Below the pieces are notes generated by a model that worked only from the letters and a program-made list of their open reading frames with translations, had not been told where the DNA came from and ran no database searches. Positions 27,917 through 36,483 of a DNA stretch of 64,000 nt are shown piece after piece. The DNA comes from Alistipes sp. GTDB lineage: Bacteria; Bacteroidota; Bacteroidia; Bacteroidales; Rikenellaceae. The position numbers and the translations under genes were made by a program. The stretch is from the NCBI GenBank assembly GCA_045614285.1, contig JAZLCQ010000064.1:34191-98190 (forward strand). The letters run 5' to 3'. How positions within the stretch are numbered: the stretch's first letter is position 1; the number at the start of each line of letters is the position of its first letter.

Positions 27917-29287
27917 TTAGAAGATAGAGTGCGCACCCTTACTATGGAGATAGCGCACAAACTCTTCACCCATACCCGAAGCCTCCAATAGTCGAGCCAA
28001 AGCGAGGTCAAACTCGTAGGCAGTCTGCACCTTTTCGAGTTTTGCACGTGAGAGACTTAGCACCGCATCGACAACATCGGTCGAGGTGGCTGCACCCTCC
28101 CGAAAAGCGAGACGTTGTGTGCGCAAAAACTCCTCGGCAAAACGCTCCGAACGCTCAACCGCTTCGACTGTCGACATCACCGCCTCGACATCGTTATACA
28201 AATCCTTGATCAGCAACACAATATCACGCTCAGCCTTGGTCTCAAGAGCCTCAACCTGACGCAGTTGCAGGCGTGCCGCCGAGTAGCGGTACTCGCGGTT
28301 TAAACCATCGAAAATTTTGAAATTGAGCCCCACGCCCACCGCCATACGGGGTGCCAGCGTCGAGAGTTGATAGTCACAAAAGAGCATTCCTCCCATCGCC
28401 ACAATCTCGGGGAAGAACTTCGCACGATGGAGGCGCAGATTCATACGCGCCAGCTCACGCATCTTCGCCACCTCGCCAAGTTGGGGATTGCGCAGCTCGG
28501 CCGTACAGACGAAGAACTCCAACGGCTCAAGCTTGCGAAGGAGGAACATTGGCGTCGTAGGCAGAGGCACTTTCGACATACCGAGCGAGGTGAGAAGTGC
28601 CTCTTGCGCAGTTGAAAATTGCAGTTGCGCACGCCTCAAATCGCGCTCGGCCTCAGCCAAACGAAACTCAGCATAGAGGCGTTCGCTCTCCACCGCCATA
28701 CCCTCCTCGGCAAGAATCTCGACATCGTGGAGATGTTGCTTCACCACCCCGACTGCCTCCTTGCGAATAGCTACAGCTCGTCGCGCAAGTTCGACTCCGA
28801 AGTAGCGCTCGACAACCTCGACAACCAATCGCCCTCGCACGCCTCGGCCCTGCTCCTGGACTCTCTCCTCATTGATTTTCGCAGCCTTATTGGCCGTTAG
28901 AATCCTACCGCCCGCAAAGATGGGCAGCACGACATCGCCTCCGATAAAGGCCGTATTACGACGCTGAAGCGTGTAGGAGAGGTCAAGTCCAAGTGCCGAA
29001 AGCCCCTCGCCAAGTATCGGCGAGAGGGATGACAGCATCGGATTGAAATCGATTTTTACATCCTTGTCGAGGTGTGCGTATGCGCCCTTGACCGAGACCT
29101 TCGGCATAAATAGTCCTATAGCGGCCTGACGCTCACGGTGAGCCGCCTGCTCGGCATACTCCGAGGCCACGACAGCAGGATTTCGCTCGAGGGCGAGCGA
29201 AAGTGCATCGTCGAATGTAAGATAGTTAATTTGGGCAGAAGCACCCAGGGCAACCGACACCAAAAAGAGAGTTAAAATTTGTCTCAT
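27917..29287 (-). CDS. TolC-family outer membrane efflux protein
   Basis: Signal peptide, LPIFAGG, IFDG, FREGAATSTDVVDA. Confidence 0.9.
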   Translation of the reverse strand: MRQILTLFLVSVALGASAQINYLTFDDALSLALERNPAVVASEYAEQAAHRERQAAIGLFMPKVSVKGAYAHLDKDVKIDFNPMLSSLSPILGEGLSALGLDLSYTLQRRNTAFIGGDVVLPIFAGGRILTANKAAKINEERVQEQGRGVRGRLVVEVVERYFGVELARRAVAIRKEAVGVVKQHLHDVEILAEEGMAVESERLYAEFRLAEAERDLRRAQLQFSTAQEALLTSLGMSKVPLPTTPMFLLRKLEPLEFFVCTAELRNPQLGEVAKMRELARMNLRLHRAKFFPEIVAMGGMLFCDYQLSTLAPRMAVGVGLNFKIFDGLNREYRYSAARLQLRQVEALETKAERDIVLLIKDLYNDVEAVMSTVEAVERSERFAEEFLRTQRLAFREGAATSTDVVDAVLSLSRAKLEKVQTAYEFDLALARLLEASGMGEEFVRYLHSKGAHSIF

Positions 29288-29327
29288 AGCTCTTGATTTT
29301 GTGTCGGTGCGATGCAGACTCGCTCGG

Positions 29328-30503
29328 CTATTCGGCTCGGCGAAGTGTCAGCTCGGCAACCTCAGGTGGCGCCCCTATGCGGAGATGGAAACCCACACTT
29401 CCCACGCCATCGGTGATGTAGAGGTGGCTGTTCTGTTCACTATAGAGACCACTCCACTCTCGATACATCAGTTGTGCGGGCGAGAAGGTGCAACCACCAA
29501 TTCTGCCCTTCATCTGCATTGCGTGGACGTGACCCGAAAGGAGCAGGTCACCATAGCCCAAAGCCGAGACTTTGCGCCACAGCTGAGGCATATGCGACAC
29601 CGTAATATTAAACTTATCCTGCGGTACGCCATCGTATATTGGCTGTAGGTTGAGCGACTCGGCAACATCCGCCGAGTGGCGATGTTCGAGCAACTCTCGA
29701 GAGAAGCCTATACCCGTCAGAGTGAGGGTGTCAGCACCTCGCACAATCTGCTCCGTTGCATCATTCACAACGCGCCAGCCCATACTCTCTATCCGTTCTG
29801 TAAGCAGGCGGGTATTCTCCTCGATAGGTAACGCCACCGTGTCGCGCACATAGACGCCCGTATCGTGATTACCGAGTACTGCAACAACGCCATCGCGAGC
29901 CTTCACGCCTCCCAAAATTTTTGCTAAGTCGGGCGTGAGCTCATCGTAGCGGACATTGACCAAATCGCCACCAAAGACCACCAGGTCGGCATCGAGCGAG
30001 TTAATCTTTGCGACTAAGCGCTCGCACATAGCCGATGCCGAGGTCAAAGAGCCAATATGCAGATCCGAAAAGAACGCTATGCGGTAGCCATCGAAGGAGT
30101 GCGGGAGGCGAGCCGAAGCGACATCGACCTTATTTACCGTAACAGCCTTGCGAGTGTGCACCACACCGACAATCAAGACCCACGCAACAATCGTGCAGAG
30201 CAGTATACCAACACCCCACTTTGCATAACAATTTTTGAAGGTGAGGATTCCGCCATAGAGAGCAAGGCGCGACAACGATAGCACCGTATATGCCGTGAGC
30301 AGCCACATCATTGGTACCATATTCGGCATGTCGGTCAGCCACAACATCGCCACCGCGATGTATGGCAGGAGATTCGAGAGAATCAACAACGACCCCACAA
30401 ACCACTTCACCCACGCCTTTGCATTGCGCAGGTAGCGCTTATAGGCCAAATAGTCGAAGGCTATAACCGCAGCCGAGAGTATAAATATTACAACGACAAA
30501 CAT
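29328..30503 (-). CDS. Membrane-anchored metallophosphoesterase (YkuE-like)
   Basis: N-terminal TM segments; SDLHIG, GGDLV, LGNHD, SGHVHAMQ. Confidence 0.88.
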   Translation of the reverse strand: MFVVVIFILSAAVIAFDYLAYKRYLRNAKAWVKWFVGSLLILSNLLPYIAVAMLWLTDMPNMVPMMWLLTAYTVLSLSRLALYGGILTFKNCYAKWGVGILLCTIVAWVLIVGVVHTRKAVTVNKVDVASARLPHSFDGYRIAFFSDLHIGSLTSASAMCERLVAKINSLDADLVVFGGDLVNVRYDELTPDLAKILGGVKARDGVVAVLGNHDTGVYVRDTVALPIEENTRLLTERIESMGWRVVNDATEQIVRGADTLTLTGIGFSRELLEHRHSADVAESLNLQPIYDGVPQDKFNITVSHMPQLWRKVSALGYGDLLLSGHVHAMQMKGRIGGCTFSPAQLMYREWSGLYSEQNSHLYITDGVGSVGFHLRIGAPPEVAELTLRRAE

Positions 30504-30534
30504 CTCTTTCTACATTTTCTGTGCAAAGATAACG

Positions 30535-30566
30535 AAAAAGCGGCGACTTTATTTCAAGTCGCCGCC
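30535..30566 (-). terminator. Intrinsic terminator of the ECF operon
   Basis: On the minus strand, GCGGCGACTT-GAAATA-AAGTCGCCGC followed by TTTTT. Confidence 0.75.
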
Positions 30567-30600
30567 ACCAAAAAAACAAACCATTTATAGAGCATTACCT

Positions 30601-31086
30601 CTATTTCTTATCAAGCTCAGCCGCAGCATTGCGGTACTTCATAATCTTCATAACCTCGCGCGATACCTTCTCATCGACGCTGTAGAGTTTCATCACCTTC
30701 AAAGGCTCGAGCACCTCAGCAAAGATGAAGAGGTAGTTCTGCTTGACCGTTGCGGTGAGAATCTGATTCGCCAAACGTGCCGAAACAACTCTCAAAGCAT
30801 TATCGTTTGTAATCTGATCCTTCTTCATTCTAGCATCACGATTCACGCTTGTAACACGCTGAATCTCCATACGATACTTGCGATAAAGAGGGTCAAACTT
30901 TGCGAACTGCTCGTCGGTGAGAGCCAACTCGGTCTTGAGCAACTCCAAACGAGTCTGCATCAACTGCTCGCGCTTAGCCTTCTGCTCCGAGCGCTGCTCC
31001 TCGGTCAACTTACTATTCTCCTGCGCAAACACATCCTGCGCAAACATTGTAGCAATAGCTACCAATACAACAAAAATCTTTTTCAT
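30601..31086 (-). CDS. Secreted helical protein (Spy/CpxP-like)
   Basis: Signal peptide; ELALTDEQFAKFDPLY; third gene of the ECF operon. Confidence 0.55.
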   Translation of the reverse strand: MKKIFVVLVAIATMFAQDVFAQENSKLTEEQRSEQKAKREQLMQTRLELLKTELALTDEQFAKFDPLYRKYRMEIQRVTSVNRDARMKKDQITNDNALRVVSARLANQILTATVKQNYLFIFAEVLEPLKVMKLYSVDEKVSREVMKIMKYRNAAAELDKK

Positions 31087-31127
31087 ACGTAATACTTTAT
31101 TTATCATTAAATGATGTTTGCATATCT

Positions 31128-31451
31128 CTACAATCTATTCTCCTCCTCGAGGTAGTAACCGCTATCCACCGATAGGTCGTAGACGATATCGTCCGATGCG
31201 GTCTGCATCTGAGCAATAAGCTCCTCCATAGGTGTCGGTTTGTGGAAGAGTTTGTCACCAAACTTCACAACACCGAATACTCCGACTACAACAACTGCAG
31301 CCACAGCAATTGCGCTTGCCCAACGCCACTGCACCTTGTGCGAGCGTGGTTCAGCGGGGTGAGCGGCATCGCGTACTGCCATCTTAGCACGGTACTTAGC
31401 CTGCTCGATTGCCCCCTCCTCAATTTTGTACGGCATCTGTTTCATATTCAT
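31128..31451 (-). CDS. Single-TM protein, probable anti-sigma factor
   Basis: MPYKIEEG N-terminus and one TM segment (WASAIAVAAVVVVGVFG); directly follows the ECF sigma gene. Confidence 0.55.
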   Translation of the reverse strand: MNMKQMPYKIEEGAIEQAKYRAKMAVRDAAHPAEPRSHKVQWRWASAIAVAAVVVVGVFGVVKFGDKLFHKPTPMEELIAQMQTASDDIVYDLSVDSGYYLEEENRL

Positions 31452-31455
31452 AACT

Positions 31456-32007
31456 CTACTCTAACTCTATTGTACTAACCTGTTCTCTAATCTTTTGCGC
31501 GGCGTAGTGGTAGTTGGTCTTCAGCGTCGATACGCTCTGTCCTGTCGCCTGCGAAATCTGCTCGAACGATAACTCGTCGTAATAGCGCATATTGAATACC
31601 AATCTCTGCTTGGTCGGCAGTGCCAATATCGCCTTTTGCAGTCGCACCACTATCTCATCGGCCGTAGGGTCCAACTCGTGCTCGAAGGTTGCCAGCAAAT
31701 CACCTCGCAACGAGTCGAGCGTGGAGAAAGCCCACTTCTTTCGCTTCTGCAACACTCTGATTGCCGAGTTTGTTGCTATGCGGTAGAGCCACGCTGTCAA
31801 CGACGGCTCGTTATCGCCTCGGAACTCATTGATAGATAGGAACGTACGCGTGAAAGTCTCCTGCAGAGCATCTTCGGCATCTTCGTGCTGAACAACCACG
31901 CGACGGATATGCCAATAGAGCCTGTCGCCATAGCGCTCAATTAGCCGGTCGAAAGCCTCGACCTCATTGTTCCTCAGTTGAGCAATCAACTTCTCCGTCT
32001 CCTTCAT
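31456..32007 (-). CDS. ECF RNA polymerase sigma factor
   Basis: DAEDALQETF, WLYRIATN, LPTKQRLVFNMRY region 4. Confidence 0.93.
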   Translation of the reverse strand: MKETEKLIAQLRNNEVEAFDRLIERYGDRLYWHIRRVVVQHEDAEDALQETFTRTFLSINEFRGDNEPSLTAWLYRIATNSAIRVLQKRKKWAFSTLDSLRGDLLATFEHELDPTADEIVVRLQKAILALPTKQRLVFNMRYYDELSFEQISQATGQSVSTLKTNYHYAAQKIREQVSTIELE

Positions 32008-32093
32008 CTGTCCGAGTTCACTTAAATAGATACCTATTCTTGTGAAAGGTTAAATTTTTCTACACACAAATTTACAAAAAAAATCAGTAACTA

Positions 32094-32124
32094 TTTGATA
32101 GTCGATAAATATTCATTAATTTTG
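32094..32124 (+). promoter_or_regulatory. Bacteroidota sigma-A promoter for lipoprotein 1
   Basis: TTTG (32094-32097), 19 nt spacer, TAATTTTG (32117-32124). Confidence 0.7.
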
Positions 32125-32168
32125 TGCGCCATTTTATGATTACATCATAACATCTAATTAAATACACT

Positions 32169-35100
32169 ATGAAAAACTTGACAAAAATGTTTTGGGCAGT
32201 TGCAGCATTGTTCGCAGGCGTAGCTTGTACAACCGATGCAACTGAGGACCTCGGCGTAGCTGTCGATGGTCAGACCAAATTTGTCCTCTCGTTGGAGGAG
32301 TCTCGTACACAACTCGGCGACAAGGCCGGTGAGGTGTACCCACTCTACTGGAGCGAGGGCGACAAGATTTCGGTAAACGGCGTTGAGTCGGCACCTCTTG
32401 CGAGCGGCAACAGCGCAGTGGCAACATTCACCGTTTCGGGTACATTGGCCACTCCGTACTGCATCGCTTACCCTGCAGCAAATGCAGGTGAGGTTGTTTT
32501 TGCTGCTGAGCAGTCTTATGTTGAGGGCACCTTCTCGAATGGCGCTTCGACAATGTACGGCTACAGCGAGAATGGCGGTGGTCTCGCATTGAACCACCTC
32601 ACAGGCGTGTTGAAGATTGGCGTTACAGGTGGTAAGACCTTGTCGTACGCTCAGATTTCGACTATCGATCGTGCTCCTATCGCAGGTGCTTTCTCGCTCG
32701 ACTTCACCAATGGCGAGCTCGCAGCTACTACAGCATCGAAGGAGGTTATCGGTTACTCGTTTGGCGAGGGCGTAGCACTCTCGAGCGAGCCTACCTACTT
32801 GCACATAGCTGTTCCTGCAGGCGTTTACAACGAGCTTTACGTTACATTGTACGACACCGAGGGTGGCGTGATGTACGCAACCGTAAAGGCTGGCGACGAG
32901 AAGCCACTCACAGCGGGCAAGGTTCGTGAGTTCAGCAACCCACTCATTTACGCTGCTAACGCTTCGGTATTCGTAATTAAGGATGTTGCTTCGTTGAAGG
33001 CATTCGCTGCTGAGGCTGCAGAGTCGTCGAAGGATGCGCTCTTCGTAGCTGACGTAGATATGACCGGCGAGGAGTGGACTCCAATCGAGGGCTATGCAAA
33101 GAATGTTCTCGGAAACGGTTACGCTATCAAGGGCTTGACAGCTCCATTGTTCGGCACTACTTCGGCTTCGATCAAGGGTTTGCACCTCGTAGACGTTGCT
33201 ATCAACGCAAACAATCAGCCAGTAATGGGTGCTTTGGCTTGCAAGCTCCAGACTACCGAGGAGACTATCCCAACTATCGAGAGCTGCTCGGTTAGCGGTA
33301 CTTTCATGGTTGAGAACACTACATTTGTTCCAAATGGCAACAACACCGACACCGAGATGAACTACGGTGGTTTGATCGGTACTGCATACGGTGCAAATAT
33401 CAACAACTGCGTTAACAACGTAGCAATCACAGTAAATCAGGCGGCAGCAGAGGGCAACACCGCAAAGGTACGTCCTTATGTTGCGGGCATCTTGGGCTGC
33501 GCATACTACACCAAGCTCGCTGACGGAACATACGTTTACACTCACCTCAACGGTTGCGTAAACAACGCTGAGATTCTCTACAAGGATAGCAGCTGTAAGG
33601 CTGACAACTTGGTTGTAATTCCTGCTGTAGCTGGTGTAACTGCAGGTATGTATCACCACACCTCACTCGCTGAGTCGGCTTCAGGTAAGTCGAATGTGAG
33701 TGCTACATTCACCAACTGTATCAACTACGGTGACGTGACCATCAAGGCTAACGGTGGTGGTAACAGCGCCGATACTCAGGGCTATGCTCAGACTCATGCT
33801 GCAGGTGTTGTAGCTCGTGGTGCTTACACCTCGTTGAAGGGTTGCTACAACTACGGTAAGGTTACCCTCGATGGTACATTCTTGCAGACCTACTCGGGTG
33901 GTGTTTGCGGTACTTCGTGGTACTCATATCTCGAGGATTGTCACAACTATGGCGAGGTGAAGATTACCGAGGAATCGGTATTCCGCGGTGTTATGCTTGC
34001 AGGTATATCGTCAAACAACTATAGCGCAGCTGAGTTGGCATATAGCATAAAGAACTGCTCGAACAACGCTCCTATCTCGTGTCTCGGTTCGTGTGACCCT
34101 AACGCTGCATCGGGCGGTCTCTACCACTATCGTATCGGTGGTGTAGAGGGCTTCGGTCGTAGCAAGGCTACAGGCCTCACCAACAACAAGGCGGGTGTTG
34201 TCACTTGTAAGGGTAGCGTTATCGCATTGACAAAGGCCAACCTCTATTGGAACATCGGTGGTGTTACAGCATACCGTACAACCAACGCTTGGAGCGATAT
34301 TAAGAACTATGGTGACGTAAATGTAGATCTCACCTTCTCTATTCACAAGGATGTTGCTGACGATAACACAAAGGTTACTGACCGTACTATGTATATCGGT
34401 GGTGCCTGCGGTTATTCATCGCAGTCTGCAGTCGATGGAGAGAATCACGGTAACATTACCGTAAATGGTACTTATGGCGGTGAGCACTTGTATGTCGGAG
34501 GTATTGGCGGTTACGCCGGTATGGCAAACGGCAACAAGAACTATGGCAAGGTGAGCATCGGCGATAGTTGTCAGTGTAGCTCAAAGATTTTTGTAGGAGG
34601 TCTTATTGGCGGTAACGACTCAACAAGCAACATTAGCAACGTCACCAACTACGGCGACATCTACGTAGGTGGCTCACACAAAGCATCTGTTGGTATTGGT
34701 GGTATCGCTGGTCAGAACCGTTCGACTGTAAGCAACTTGGAGAACAATGGTAACTTTACCGTTGCAGCAACTTCTACCGCAGCAGTCGAGGTTGCGGGTA
34801 TCATTGCATACTACACTCATCGCTATATGAAGAAGGCAACAGACGGCAGCTACTCGCTCGCAAACGATGGTGCGGCAGGTGCAATGACCAAGGCTGTAAA
34901 CAATGGTCACTTCTATGTAACCACACCAAACTCTACAGGTGGCACAGTGAGCATCGGTGGTATCTGTAAGCAGGGTCAGCACTCTATGCTTCAGTGCGTA
35001 AACAATGGTAACGCATTTGTTACAGGTAACACAGGTAACACACTCTACTGGGGTGGTATCGTAACCGTAAATAGTGCTTGCTTGCGCGAGGATTGTACAA

Positions 35101-36101
35101 ACAATGGTACCATCACCGTATCGGGTTACATCGGTACAACTGCTCAGGGAGCAGACTGCTTCTTGGGTGGTCTCTGCTACAGCGGTGGCTCGAACACCAC
35201 TTACCGTCGTTGCGTAAACAATGGTGATATTATCCTCACCGAGACTTGCAAGGTTGCACAGTGTATCCGTATTGGTGGTCTTATCGCAAACGTCGAGACT
35301 GCGAGCAAGCTCAACAACATCGAGGAGTGTGCAAACAATGGTGATATCATCGTTAAGGGTGCAAGTAACTGCGGTACCGATAGTTCAGGTGTAGTTCGTA
35401 TCGGCGGTATGTTCGGTCAGTTCACTAATGGTACTGTAAAGATTATCAACGGCTTCAAGAATACCGGTGATGTTATCTTCTCGGGTGAGCACAAGAAGGA
35501 TATCGGTCTCTCGCTTGGTGGTATCGTAGGTGGCTCGGATGGCTCGGTTGCAGTATGGGATGCCGCTTCGACAGGTAACATCATCAACGAGGGTGAGATT
35601 AAGTTCGACGGTACAGCGAAGAGTGCTGTATATATGGGAGGCTTCTCTGCATTCATGAATCCGTGCGTACCTGCTTCGCCTGTAAAGATTATCAACACCG
35701 GTAACATCACTTGCACAGGTACTGCAAAGAGCAACACCAGCTTGACCATCTCGGGTATCTGCGGTAACATCAAGTCGCCAATCGCTAACGCACAGTGCTT
35801 CTGCGACATCTTCGCACCTGGCTTCGGTGCAGCTGAGGTTGGTATGTTGTCGGGTAAGGTTCGCTCTGCAGCTATTACCTACACCAACGCAAATGTTGGA
35901 GGTCGCATCTGCACCGAGTACGACGACGAGGATGAGTCGGCTAAGTGGGTAACAATTGACGGTTCGAACTACCTCGGCCTTATCTACAAGATATCGGGCA
36001 CTCCATTGACTGAGGAGCAGGCTGCTGCTGACGGCATCACAATCATCTCTTCGAAGGAGCAGATCGACTACTCTGTAATCAGTGCTCCTGCGGCAGAATA
36101 G
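32169..36101 (+). CDS. Large surface lipoprotein 1: fimbrillin/type V pilin-like N-domain plus Cys/Asn/Gly-rich repeat passenger
   Basis: Lipobox GVAC-TTD; SRT..LYWSEGDKISVNG..YPA..Q..MYG..HLTGVLKI; repeated NCxNxGxI...IGG units. Confidence 0.8.
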   Translation: MKNLTKMFWAVAALFAGVACTTDATEDLGVAVDGQTKFVLSLEESRTQLGDKAGEVYPLYWSEGDKISVNGVESAPLASGNSAVATFTVSGTLATPYCIAYPAANAGEVVFAAEQSYVEGTFSNGASTMYGYSENGGGLALNHLTGVLKIGVTGGKTLSYAQISTIDRAPIAGAFSLDFTNGELAATTASKEVIGYSFGEGVALSSEPTYLHIAVPAGVYNELYVTLYDTEGGVMYATVKAGDEKPLTAGKVREFSNPLIYAANASVFVIKDVASLKAFAAEAAESSKDALFVADVDMTGEEWTPIEGYAKNVLGNGYAIKGLTAPLFGTTSASIKGLHLVDVAINANNQPVMGALACKLQTTEETIPTIESCSVSGTFMVENTTFVPNGNNTDTEMNYGGLIGTAYGANINNCVNNVAITVNQAAAEGNTAKVRPYVAGILGCAYYTKLADGTYVYTHLNGCVNNAEILYKDSSCKADNLVVIPAVAGVTAGMYHHTSLAESASGKSNVSATFTNCINYGDVTIKANGGGNSADTQGYAQTHAAGVVARGAYTSLKGCYNYGKVTLDGTFLQTYSGGVCGTSWYSYLEDCHNYGEVKITEESVFRGVMLAGISSNNYSAAELAYSIKNCSNNAPISCLGSCDPNAASGGLYHYRIGGVEGFGRSKATGLTNNKAGVVTCKGSVIALTKANLYWNIGGVTAYRTTNAWSDIKNYGDVNVDLTFSIHKDVADDNTKVTDRTMYIGGACGYSSQSAVDGENHGNITVNGTYGGEHLYVGGIGGYAGMANGNKNYGKVSIGDSCQCSSKIFVGGLIGGNDSTSNISNVTNYGDIYVGGSHKASVGIGGIAGQNRSTVSNLENNGNFTVAATSTAAVEVAGIIAYYTHRYMKKATDGSYSLANDGAAGAMTKAVNNGHFYVTTPNSTGGTVSIGGICKQGQHSMLQCVNNGNAFVTGNTGNTLYWGGIVTVNSACLREDCTNNGTITVSGYIGTTAQGADCFLGGLCYSGGSNTTYRRCVNNGDIILTETCKVAQCIRIGGLIANVETASKLNNIEECANNGDIIVKGASNCGTDSSGVVRIGGMFGQFTNGTVKIINGFKNTGDVIFSGEHKKDIGLSLGGIVGGSDGSVAVWDAASTGNIINEGEIKFDGTAKSAVYMGGFSAFMNPCVPASPVKIINTGNITCTGTAKSNTSLTISGICGNIKSPIANAQCFCDIFAPGFGAAEVGMLSGKVRSAAITYTNANVGGRICTEYDDEDESAKWVTIDGSNYLGLIYKISGTPLTEEQAAADGITIISSKEQIDYSVISAPAAE

Positions 36102-36129
36102 TGTTTAACAATTAAATTTTGAAAAGATT

Positions 36130-36258
36130 ATGAAGAAAAATACGTTGAGCTATTCTGCTCCTGAGGTAAATGTAATTGAGGTTGTAGCCGAGCGTGGCTA
36201 CGGCGACAGCGTACTTCTTCCAGGCTTCGGCTCGGAGAGCGACGAGTTGGTTTACTAA
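36130..36258 (+). CDS. Conserved small peptide, copy 1 (42 aa, MKKNTLSYSAPEVNVIEVVAERGYGDSVLLPGFGSESDELVY)
   Basis: Hand-translated; below the ORF-track cutoff. Three paralogous copies whose core differences are mainly synonymous. Confidence 0.85.
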   Translation: MKKNTLSYSAPEVNVIEVVAERGYGDSVLLPGFGSESDELVY

Positions 36259-36280
36259 TTAGCTAAAGCTAAATATAGAG

Positions 36281-36312
36281 AATCGGGCGAGGAAACTCGT
36301 CCGATTTTTTTG
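36281..36312 (+). terminator. Cassette terminator, copy 1
   Basis: AATCGGGCGAG-GAAA-CTCGTCCGATT plus T-tract. Confidence 0.85.
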
Positions 36313-36340
36313 TTTTTTCATAAATATTTCTATATATTTG
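36309..36340 (+). promoter_or_regulatory. Sigma-A promoter for lipoprotein 2
   Basis: TTTG (36309-36312), 20 nt spacer, TATATTTG (36333-36340). Confidence 0.6.
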
Positions 36341-36483
36341 TAAAGCAAAGCAGAGATAATATATCAAAATCCCCGCCACGAAAATTACGTAGGAGGACGG
36401 ATTTTAAGTTTAACACATTAGCACACAGCAACTTATAAGGCTGACGGCAAAAAAAATAACTAAACACTATAAAACTAAACAAA

